Assembly (NCBI GenBank): GCA_008632985.1
Contig: QPGO01000298.1
Coordinates: 48,434 to 68,433 of the forward strand
DNA: 20,000 nt
From: Psammoneis japonica
Lineage: Eukaryota
Reading direction: 5' to 3'
The position numbers and the translations under genes were made by a program. Under the pieces are notes generated by a model. That model searched no databases. It saw only the letters and a program-made list of their open reading frames with translations, and was not told where the DNA came from. Of the stretch, positions 1 to 9,749 are shown piece after piece (position 1 is the first letter of the stretch; the number at the start of each line of letters is the position of its first letter).

Positions 1-65
1 TCTTCTTGTTTGTCATGTTTGATGGAGAATCTGCTGTGCTGATTCTGTTTGTTTGTTTGAGAGCA

Positions 66-81
66 AGAGAGAGAGAGAGAG
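66..81. repeat. (AG)8 microsatellite
   Basis: agagagagagagagag read directly. Confidence 0.85.
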
Positions 82-2754
82 TCAGGCAATGCATGGACAT
101 GCTCCAGCTTCTCTTTTTGAAGTTCACTCATTGCTTGCCAAGCAGAAAAAATGCATTGTGGTGCTCATGTCCAAGATTGTCTCTCTTGTCCATGGTGCCA
201 CCACACAAGGCTGCAACATGACCAAACAGCACAGAGAAGCAAGAAGTGCCCATTGTGATGATAAAATGACTGCCCCTTTCCAATCAGCAGTGTCAAATTT
301 CTTCATTGGTAGAACTGCAATGTCTGGTTTGGCACATGTGGGCATTTTTCCATTTTGTTCAGCAAAAACAGCCCGACTTGTGGGTGATTTCAGCAACGTG
401 TTTATCAAGTGTGCAAAATTCTTGCACATCCTCATCATGGGCTTGTTTTGTCCTGTCGGTCAACATGCAAGTTGCACCACTAAATTTGCCACACTCCAAT
501 TGGTCTGTGTGGTTGTTGGCGCACCATGCAAAGAGGTGGACCCAGTTTGGGCACTGACTTTGTGTGGGTCATCAAGACAAAAACTCATTGAAATGCAACA
601 GCCCCATTTGGCAAAAAGTTCAAGAGATTTTGCCATTTTCTTTGTGGCACACACTGCACCTGCTTTGCATTGTTGGTTGGTGGTGTGACTTCTGCACACA
701 GCTGCAAAGCTGAAAAAGAAATTGTCAAAAACAAAAGCACTTTGCCATGACAACTGTTGTGCAAAATTCCCATGTCACCCAACACAAAATTTTGTTCACA
801 GACAAATGTTTGAAAACGTTCCTCATTTGTGTTTCTGTGGGCATGAGCATTTTTGTTGCTGATGTCCAAAAGTCAAAAGCACTCTTTGTGCAATGCAACA
901 ATCATGCTTTTAAATTGATGACACAACAAACTCTCAACAAACAATTGCTTGCACAACTGAAGAAGTCTTTGTTGGCTCACTGACACATGAGAACAAACAA
1001 AACTTGGCAACAATTGTGTGTTTTGGGTTGGGGTTGAAGCTCCTTCTTTGGGAGTGCTGCTCTCTCCAACACAAAGAGAAGAGGGTCTTGCTCCTCTGTG
1101 CCAGAGCACATTTGCACTTGTGCAATGATCAATTTTGGCCAACGGAGGAGATCTGGTTGGGGAGTGTGCACAAAATTGTGCACAACAAAATGACCATTTT
1201 GGGGCACTTTCGTTTCACACTTCTTGCTGTGACAGGTCTGTGAGGGGCAGTTTCTTCTTTGGCTTCATTGACGAGCATGGGCTGTTTGAGCAAAAGATCA
1301 TGTTGAACCCACAGAGAGGCAGTCGTGAAAGCAAAGAAGGAGCTCCAATTCAAATTTGCTTGACCTTTGAGCCAACAACAAGAATGAGATCATCAAAAAG
1401 CTGGAACTGTGTTGCTTTGTTGCAAATTTTGTCAGTTGCTGGCCCGCCATTCTGTTTTCATGTGAGCCCCAACAACCCTGTTGGCACATGGCAGATTTGT
1501 GATCCAGCTGCATTTTTGGATGATTTCATTGTCTCAGCATTGCCAGCCCACCAGATTTTGGGCTGCACTGCTGGAAGTTGTTGAGTGTTTGGAGAGGTGC
1601 TGTTTGTTCTCTGAGTGTCATTGTGCTTTGTGACAAGCAGGCACACAAGCACTGGGACCTGGGCACACACACAGAGAGTTGCCACAGTGTGAAGCACCTC
1701 CCGCTGGCAGCACCTTGGGATGAAGCAGCAGTTGATTTGAACAACCCTTGGACAAGAAAAGCAAGACAAGATCCAGGATTAGAAAGTGCAGTTTAATGCT
1801 CTGCAACTTGTGTTTGTGTTGTGACAAATTTGGCTGAGAAACATCAAACAGTGTCTGACTTCTTTGAAAGGGCACTCCACTTTTGGAAAAGTGTCACAGA
1901 GAATTCTTTGGCCATCATGAGACTTCCATCTCATTGACCTTTGAATTGATTGTTGCACTGTTTGAATCACACTTGCAACATGATTGAAAATTTAGAGGGA
2001 CAAGATTCTGTGTGTGGGCATGTTTCTGCAATGGCCATCATGAGGGTCATGAGGGGAAGCCCACCTGACAGCCATGTTCAGGGTCGTTTCTTGTCACTGA
2101 CTTGTGTGCTGCTGGAAGACAGTGCTGGTGCTTTTCCATTGCCTTGAATGACATCCTGCCAACATCATGGTTGAATTTTATGTCTTGTGACCTCAACAGA
2201 ATTTTCAAAGGCTGATGGCAAAGGGAGGAAAAAATCATGGTGATGCTCTGGCGGAACACACGCAGCAGCGCATCCAGTGGTGGAGAGTGGCGAAAGCTGT
2301 TGCACATGATCTTTGCCAGCAGATGCAGCAACACAAAGCCAGTTCTCAACCAGTGCTTGCACAAGACATCAAACAGGCATGATGCCTTTGGTGGGATGGT
2401 GGACAACATTGCTTTCAAAATGGTGCATCGTCCACTCAATTTGACGTGAGCATGTCACTCCCTTTTGTCCGAGCACTCCTGTCAGCAAACCTTCTTCTCT
2501 CCCCAGACAGACAGCAAATCATGCCAAAGCAACAAGGCAGGTGTCACTTCAGCTTTGAATGAGTAAAAAAGCAAGGCAGAAATTGTGTGACATCTGTGTT
2601 CAAAAGTGCACAAGCACTGTCGATGCCCATCCGTCACTTGCTTCAAACGCAACAAGCCTGTTTGCAGAGGTGCAAAAACAAGAAACAAAATTCAATGCCT
2701 TTGTCACCAACCTGCCCCAAAAAGCTCAATGCACATCAAACATTTGTGGTTGCC

Positions 2755-3330
2755 TCAGAATGCTGCAAGCAGCACTGAGCAGAGAATGAAGACTCTTGTT
2801 GCAGGGTTGCTGTGAATTGACTTTGCTCGCCGCTGGACACATCAGGCGACGGACTGGTGACTTGCAGCTGTTGCTGAGTGTGGCTTTGTTTGGGAGGGCT
2901 GGTCAGAGTTTTCAAAGCTGGGTGAAAAAAGTCCGGGAAGAATCAGATGATGAAGTTTGTGATGGCTGCACTCAAAGCCGAGTGAATCAATGCAGTTGCT
3001 GCATGAGCTGGTTGTTTTGGGTGTGTCGTGGCCCGTTTTCACATGCACGAGTGGAGGCTTTGTGCAGATTCTGCAACCTGCAGTGTCTTGGTTTCATCAG
3101 GGGTCCCCATCATGGTTTCAAGCTGCTGGGCATTGGAAATGTTGAAACTGTTGGACCACATGTGGTGCGTTCTGTGGCGCCATTTGCCGGAGTGCTTTCG
3201 CCTCGATGCTCTGGCCAGGACACCGAGAGAACATGCAGTTTTGCTCAGCAGTGCTCTGACTTCTCATGGCAATCAGAGCACTGTCAAATGACACATGTCA
3301 CCACCAGTCCACATTTCTTTCAGGAGCTCA
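2755..3330 (-). pseudogene. 5'-truncated, frameshifted paralog of the C-terminal part of the neighbouring beta-propeller surface-protein gene
   Basis: Minus strand reads ELLKEMWTGGDM/SFDSALIAMRSQSTAEQNCMFSRCPGQSIE...HMWSNSFNISNAQQLETMMGTPDETKTLQVAES/KPPLVHVKTGHDTP. The intact gene reads ALLSERWTGGDMSFDGTLIIMRSQSTKRNYMFSRCPGQSVE...YVWSNSFNVPNARQLETMMWTPDGNETLQVAESKKPPLMYTKMNYENP. It ends in a hydrophobic tail PATRVFILCSVLLAAF* at 2755. Confidence 0.9.
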
Positions 3331-3409
3331 TGGTGCTTCGTTCGAAGGTTTTCGAAAATTTTTGGGAAGTTCTAACGTTCACTGTTTTGTGACGATGTTG
3401 TGTGCAGGG

Positions 3410-3426
3410 GTGCGTGCGTGCGTGCG
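3410..3426. repeat. (GTGC)4 short tandem repeat at the domain boundary
   Basis: gtgcgtgcgtgcgtgcg read directly. Confidence 0.75.
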
Positions 3427-3880
3427 TTGCGTTTCCCACACAGCATGTACTACATTCATACTGTACCGTACTGTACATAGACTACAATGACATGCTGAAT
3501 ACGCACCCTTTTCGGATGAACGTCATCATTCAGTATCGGTTTTGTGTGTCATGTACACGACATAACAAATGGTTGGCGCTCGTCCATTGACGAATTACAT
3601 TACGAAGTATTTAACAAATAATGATTATGTTTCTATGCATTCATATTAGACACAATTATGTGTCCACTATGACATTTATTTGATGTCGCAAGAGTATCGG
3701 AAAGTAACAAAACAAGTAGTACTTTCTGTGCGATACTCAACTGAAATCCCGCTTTTGGACTCCTTTGAGTCACAAGATCACAAGTGCATTGAATTGACGA
3801 CTCAAACTTGCTTCAACCGTACATACAGTAGAGAGGTACATACCGACTGTTTTCCACTCTTTATCCGTCATCCAGCTGAA

Positions 3881-5223
3881 TCATAAAATACAATTCGTCT
3901 GAAAAATGGTGTGAAGCATCGCGCAGAAGAATACAGTTTTTGAGGCCATCACGAGCTTCCAACTGCTGGAGGAGTCGAGTGACGACGGACTTGCAGTCGG
4001 AAGTGGTTGACTGGGTTTCGGTGATCCTGGACTTGTAGAAGGCGCGTCAGAGTTAAGCGCATTGGAGTCTGGTACATCAGAGAAGGTGGGTGAAACTGAG
4101 GGTGCCGGTGTTGGAGCTGATGAGGGCTCGTCAGACTCTTCGAGTGCAGCATCATAGTAGTCCTCGCAAGTGTTTATTAGAGCAGGATTTTCGTAGTTCA
4201 TTTTGGTGTACATCAGTGGTGGCTTTTTAGATTCGGCAACCTGCAGTGTCTCGTTTCCATCAGGGGTCCACATCATGGTTTCAAGCTGTCGGGCGTTGGG
4301 AACATTGAAACTGTTGGACCATACGTAGCAAGCGGTGGCGCCACTCGTTAGTGCGCTTTCGACGCTCTGACCAGGACACCTTGAGAACATGTAGTTTCGC
4401 TTAGTACTCTGACTTCGCATAATAATTAGAGTGCCGTCGAATGACATGTCGCCGCCGGTCCACCTTTCGCTCAGGAGCGCATCACTAGTGTTGTACGAGC
4501 CGACGGCTTCCACGGTATAACGAGTGGTTCGATTTTGCCAAGCTGATACCGGAATGCGGTACAAGCGAGTCTTGTCAAAGTCTTGATTACTTTTGCTGAC
4601 AACGTAGAGATCACCAATCTCATTTCCCTCTCCCCAACCTGTGTGATCCATGAAAACTGTCTCGGCGTTAACGGACGATGTCGGAGAAGAAGGGTGCTTG
4701 TAGTCGTAGTTAAGGTAGTCAACATCAGTCAGCGGTACCTCATCGTTGTCACGAAGGCTTTCGATCCTGGGCTCTCGAATCCTGATAATGCGATATGTGT
4801 TGCGACGTTTACGGTTGTCGCCGATATCTGCAATATAAATACAAGTCTCGCCAGGGTAAGACGCACCGCATGTTCCAGTGGTCATGTCCTCCCAATCCCC
4901 ATGTTCTGGGACACTGTCTAGTTTGAAGTGCGAAGACGCTCGCCCGTTGAAGAATCAAAGACAGCAAGACGTCTGTTCCCGCCGTCGTTTATCGCAAACA
5001 ACAAAAGAGCACCTGTGTCTGGATTACGTTGAGTTTGTGAAATACCGATACCGGAAATCTCTTTGAAACTGGGGCCGTTTGGATCATCTATCGTGAGAAG
5101 AGTGCTAGTGTCTGCTTCACCAATTTGAGGACAAATCACATTAGCAGATTGAACACTTCCAAACGACATTAACGTCAGATGGAAGAGAATTACTAAGCTA
5201 CGGCAGCAACAGACCACCCTCAT
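3881..5223 (-). CDS. Secreted/cell-surface beta-propeller-like protein (EISG...NDGG...DWEDM...YIADIGDN motifs) with Ser/Pro stalk and hydrophobic C-tail (possible GPI anchor); apparent 1-bp deletion near 4926
   Basis: ORF 4918-5265 (ATG at 5223, signal-like MRVVCCCRSLVILFHLTLMSFGSVQSA) joins ORF 3881-4885 if one T is restored in cgc act t(t)c aaa cta gac. This gives RTFKLDSVPEHGDWEDMTTGTC, and the motif order matches a family I recall mainly from bacterial secreted hypothetical proteins. Confidence 0.8.
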
Positions 5224-5404
5224 GGTACCGTAAAAAAATGCTGTCGTAATTTGCAACAAGTTCAAAAATTTTGCGCAGAACTTTTTGGCTGTGGCTCACT
5301 TTTCCGGCATACGAATTTCAATCGATTCCACATGAACGTAGAAACTGATCCTTCTGCCCGCCAAAATTCCCACCACGAAAAGTCTCGGGTTATGATGTGG
5401 CACA

Positions 5405-5444
5405 TGACGTCAGGGTCAAGGTTGCCAATGGACGGATGTGACGT
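5405..5444. promoter_or_regulatory. Two TGACGT (bZIP/aureochrome-type) boxes upstream of the propeller gene
   Basis: TGACGTCA at 5405-5412 and TGACGT at 5439-5444, about 180-220 bp upstream of the ATG at 5223. Confidence 0.3.
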
Positions 5445-5969
5445 CGTCCAGTCTTGGTCCAGTCTACCGTCTACCGTTACAGCCCTACTTCTCAACTCTG
5501 TGTACTGAAGTCGTAGCTCTAGAGTTACACTCTCTAGGGCCCTCTTTCTCTCTCTAGAGATGGAGTATTCATAGCTAGTACTTTAGAGATAGTGGTGTGG
5601 CACCTCTGCGACAACTACGTACCGTTAGGACCGCTGCAGTATGGGGGAGTAGGGCTAGGTTACGGTATGGTAGAGAGCATCGATCGTCGCACCGATTTTT
5701 TTTACGACAACACAACGGTGCGTCGTACTTTATCCGTGTAAACAGTCTCGTCTAGTCGTCGACGGAGGAGGTCGAATGCGATGACGAGGGTGAGGTCATC
5801 GACGACATGCGGTGAGAATTCGACAATTGCTTTCCATACGTAATCGGGACGGACAAGCTACTAACTAGCCACGATTGGTGAAGCAGAGCAAAACTTTGCC
5901 CTAACCCAACCTGGTAAACACACCATCTCTATCGTCTTTTCTTCCTATTGTTCTTCTACTATTTTTAGT

Positions 5970-6820
5970 TTAGGCGTACGGATTACCACCGGAATAGACT
6001 GTTTGATAAAACTCAATTGTTTCAAAAATGGTCTTGTGATTCACTAGCTCTTGAGCACACATACCAGCCCATCCCAACATGGCCAACCGTCCATGAGAGA
6101 GCTCTTTGGTTTGCATTCGTTGAAACGCGTAATTTTCTGTGGGCTTCAATCCCAAAGGATCAAAACCCAAATCGCCCGGGTAGTAGGAGTCCCTAAGAGT
6201 CCATAGCGTCTTGGAACCAATGCGAAACGTGGGTTCGACCCATCCCTTTTTCGCGCGATACAATTCAGCTGCCGCAATTACAGTTGTCAATAAAGCAAAT
6301 GCAGGAGCTGGAACTTGTTGTAGTTGATCGTTGGCGGGTCCAAGAATGTGAAATGGTCCACTGACCGCCTCTCCAGCCAAGTACCCACAACGGCAACCAT
6401 GGCTACTCGACCGTGCTGAACTTCAGCCTCACGCAGTCGCTTTGCGTCATTCAGTGGCAGTCCTTGTCGGGCAAAGCCAAGAGGATCAAAGAATCCAGTG
6501 GGAGCAATTGCGCCTGGAAGTCCCCATAGAGCGTAGTCTTCTTTCGGAACCCAGCCGTTGATAGGTGCAATGTCAATAGCAACGGCGGAATTAGTGGCCA
6601 CTACGGCATCAATCATTTGCGTTTCTTCTGGAGGAGACTCGTCGCTTAGAATCTCGTAGTATACGTCATCTTCGGTATCCTTTGCTGGTTCTTGTTCCGA
6701 GGGAGAGGACGAAAGGATGCTCGACGACAGATGCGCATGCTTTGGTTGTTGAGACGACACAAAGCCCGAGGCTTGAGCCGTCAAAAATGCAGATACGGCG
6801 AAGAATAAAGAACGGTTCAT
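5970..6820 (-). CDS. Lhcx: Light-harvesting complex protein, Lhcx/LI818 (LHCSR-like) family, plastid-targeted; apparent 1-bp deletion at 6384-6386
   Basis: Signal peptide plus ASGF motif (MNRSLFFAVSAFLTAQASGF), LPGAIAPTGFFDPLGF, helix 1 REAEVQHGRVAM, GWVEP, YYPGDLGFDPLGLKP and helix 3 MQTKELSHGRLAML. The two ORFs join as VVGYLAGEAV if one G is added to the GGG run. Confidence 0.9.
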
Positions 6821-7068
6821 TGTGCGTTTCAAATGTAACTTTGTGAGGTCGTTCTGTTGTTGCGTTCATGGTGGCGAGGCATCACCACCTCACAAGTCGT
6901 CATCGCTTGCCGATTTGGTCCGATTTTGTGAGTCAGGTCAGTCGTCGGAGGTCGGAGGGAGTTTTCAGATAAAAAACATATGAGTTAGCCGGGGTAGGGC
7001 TAGTTGGTCGCGCACGTTTGGGTTCGATGTGATGAGCAACTAGCCATACCCTGCAGGAAGAGCTGTTG

Positions 7069-7186
7069 CTGGCGCGCGAGCAGAAGCAACAAAGCAAAGA
7101 ACACGGCGTGGGTCAAAACGTTGTAAAATGACGCAACAACAAGCAACGAGAAGAAACCCAACTTGACCCATGAATACAGCGCATAC
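7069..7186 (-). other. Possible spliceosomal intron (GTATGC...TTGAC...pyrimidine-rich...CAG, 118 bp) in a small unidentified transcript starting near the ATG at 7263
   Basis: Donor, branch-like and acceptor motifs with plausible spacing; the ATG follows AACAACACC. The spliced product (~70 aa) is not recognisable. Confidence 0.3.
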
Positions 7187-7700
7187 ATATTGTCCAACCA
7201 CTTCAATAGTATCTCGTATTCCCAACTTGTAGATGAGGGGACGGCGTTCGCGTTTCTCGCCATGGTGTTGTTGTGCGTTATCGTGTTGTTTGCGCGCGAA
7301 GAACACGGGATCTATTTATCCGATAGTGACTCTGTTTTGGTAATAGTAGATTTTTTACTATATTCAATACAGATTCTAAAATGTGTTTCGGGGTGTTCCT
7401 CACTTTTTTGAATTTGGGTATGTATATTTTAAAGACCTAAGAAATGTTAATGATATGTAAAACCCTAAGAGACCTACATAAATTTATGTTCCATGTAGAC
7501 CGCGTAGATTGTGTACCGGCGGAAAATCCACCGCCTGTCAACTCATCAGTAGTAATTCTACGTATATTCTACTTACACCTCACACACGCACACACGCCTA
7601 CACAGTCTAATAACCGCGCACACGTGCGCGAGATAAGGCTATGGACATACTATTTCGTTTTTACTCCTTAATGTTTATACGTGACCGAAGAATAATATTG

Positions 7701-7731
7701 AAAAATCAAAAAATCAAAAAATCAAAAAATT
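7701..7731. repeat. (AAAAAATC)~4 tandem repeat at the left edge of hypermutated domain 2
   Basis: aaaaatc aaaaaatc aaaaaatc aaaaaatt read directly. Confidence 0.8.
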
Positions 7732-7885
7732 CGGGATTCGCAATCCCCTTGCTGCGATGACGATGACTGGCGAAACGAGAAGCCTCCTGCTGTCACACGA
7801 CATGAGCCACTCAACGCAACAATTTATCAAACAACGACCTTCGATCAATGGAACAAAGGTCGAACCTCCTCCAACTACAAAAGGG

Positions 7886-9722
7886 ATGATCGCAAAAGTG
7901 AGAATGAAAAAGACCAGCAACTCCTTTCCATTGCGACTGGAACTGCAGTTGATTGTCGCCGTTGCAGCTCCACCCCGCATGAGAGCAGAGTGCAATTTGT
8001 GCCCACCAGAATCCTTGTTATTTGCAGATCGGATTGTTCCATTGTCCGGCTACAACACGCCTCCACCCCCTCAAACTTGTCAAGAAGCCTCACACAAGCC
8101 TTGCTTTTTGACAAAACCACTGCTGATTGCACAGAGTTTGTCTCGGTCCATCAACTTTTCTGCTGCAGCAATGTGCAACCACCAGGCTGCTTGCTTTGCC
8201 CCAACAGAGACACTCCACTTCTTCTGGACCACATTGATGTTGTGGTTGATGATTTGTCAACGAAGTTGGTGGAGGAGGGGGGTTGGACAATTGCGGCCAG
8301 CACTGGCATGGCTTTGCCGTCAAGTTTGAAAAAGAAGTGCGACAAGTTCAATGACCTGCTGGGACAACTCTCAACAAGAGCATGGGATGACTTTGTCTTC
8401 CAAAAGCTCTGAGCCTTCTGGGTAGAGTTGACAGTTCCCAAATCCCATCGGTGGCACTGCCCCATTGCAGCCACACCAAAACGGAGCAGGTGAAGTCACC
8501 ACACGTGGAACCACCGGAAGGCCATGGAGAATGTTCCCTTTGCCCCAAAGGCTCAACGCTTTTGAACACTGGCTTGATGCCAGATTTTTATGGCTTGTGC
8601 AATTTGGAATCTTCTGCTCTTCGTGTTGGCAACGAAGAGTGTGGGAATTTCCGAGCAGCTCACGGAATTGGCCAAGTCATGTGTTGCAAAGATGTCGAAC
8701 CACCAGGATGTTTTCTGTGTCCAGATCAAGGCGAGTTCAAAAGGCACTTTAATTTTCCCATTGCTCTTTCTGCTGGGGCATCTTGCAACTCTTGCATGGA
8801 TCTTTTCAGGGACGCGCTGGCCAATTGTGACGAGGCTCAATGCACGGACTTGGAAAGCTCTGGTGCCTCATTTCTTTGTGGCTGCGAAGGAGCAACCGAT
8901 CCTGCCTCTAGGACATGGCAACTGTGGCCCACATCTTTGTCCAGAGGGAGTGGAGCTCTGGAGTGACTGTTTTCAGTTTGGTGGAAATCCATTTGTGAAC
9001 TCATGTGGTGATGCCGAGGCCGAATTAGCGCGCGTTTCCGATGATGAATGTGAGAGTTTTTCAGACCGCTTTCGGCCGTTTTGTTGCCGAGGCTTTGAAC
9101 CCAGAGGCTGTTTCCTTTGTCCCAGTGGAAACTGTTCCATTGTCACTTGCATTGATGGAGGGATGTCCATCACAATTGGGAATTTTACAACTTCCAGCTG
9201 CCAAGAGTTAGATCAGAAAGCAGCCTCATCCTTCATGGCTGAACAATGTCAAGAACTCGCGTCCTCAGATGCTGCTTGGCAATGTGGCTGTTGGGAGAGT
9301 GTCACTTTGGTGACTCCTTCACTGGCAATGCCCACTCCATCTGCTTCCAAGCCAACAACTGCGTCACCTTCTGTGCTCAAGTTCCAACAACCCCCATCCC
9401 GACCACTCTCTCGCCAACGTCGTGCGCTCCAACTGCTGTCACGCCAGCAACTGTGCTCCCCTCTGCCCCAGTTCCAGCAACACCCATCCCATCCACCCTC
9501 TCCCCAACAACCCCCGAACCGACTGCCACTTTTCAGCCAGCAGTGACTGAGCCCCCTTCACCCTCTGCTCAAGCAGCAAATGCAACGGATTCTCCTGCCA
9601 CGACAGCGACTCCGCCTTCCGCCACTCTGTCACCGACGACTTCTCATGCTCTTGTTGTTTCATCCATGATGGAGATTCAGTCAATCCTTGTTCCTTGTTG
9701 GGTGGTGCAAATTTCCATGTAG
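7886..9722 (+). pseudogene. Frameshifted Cys-rich cell-surface protein gene: three CxLCP...CC-x3-(E/Q)P(P/R)GCxLCP modules, a Pro/Thr/Ser mucin-like stalk and a hydrophobic C-tail
   Basis: Pieces in successive + frames: AECNLCPPES; FCCSNVQPPGCLLCP; ECSLCPKG...MCCKDVEPPGCFLCP...FLCGC; HLCPEG...FCCRGFEPRGCFLCP...WQCGC; VPTTPIPTTLSPT...VPATPIPSTLSPT; LVVSSMMEIQSILVPCWVVQISM*. Confidence 0.8.
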
Positions 9723-9749
9723 AAAGTTCACTGTCTCTAACATGGGGTT

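Larger units (their letters stand above)
1..3447. other. TpA- and CpG-depleted, CpA/TpG-rich hypermutated domain 1 (runs off the left edge of the window)
   Basis: I counted only 11 TpA in 3447 bp, versus 7 in the next 33 bp (3448-3480). Six-frame ORFs here are almost Tyr-free and Cys/His-rich. Confidence 0.93.

Noticed and set aside
6..2750. Many 60-211 aa ORFs as real genes, or a specific transposon assignment
   Set aside because: They overlap in all frames because TAA/TAG are missing. I recognised no RT, integrase, transposase or other domain motif.
1..3447. Alternative genetic code or foreign (viral/contaminant) DNA
   Set aside because: TpA loss is frame- and strand-independent, and the domain contains a clear paralog of the adjacent host gene.
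4886..4930. Intron joining the two propeller ORFs
   Set aside because: The intervening sequence encodes the conserved DWEDM motif; a 1-bp indel explains the break.
7477..7630. Short palindromes/hairpins (acataaatttatgt, ggcgg...ccgcc, cgcgcacacgtgcgcg) as an ncRNA or Helitron end
   Set aside because: Too short and isolated; no tRNA/snRNA pattern and no hairpin-plus-CTAG arrangement.
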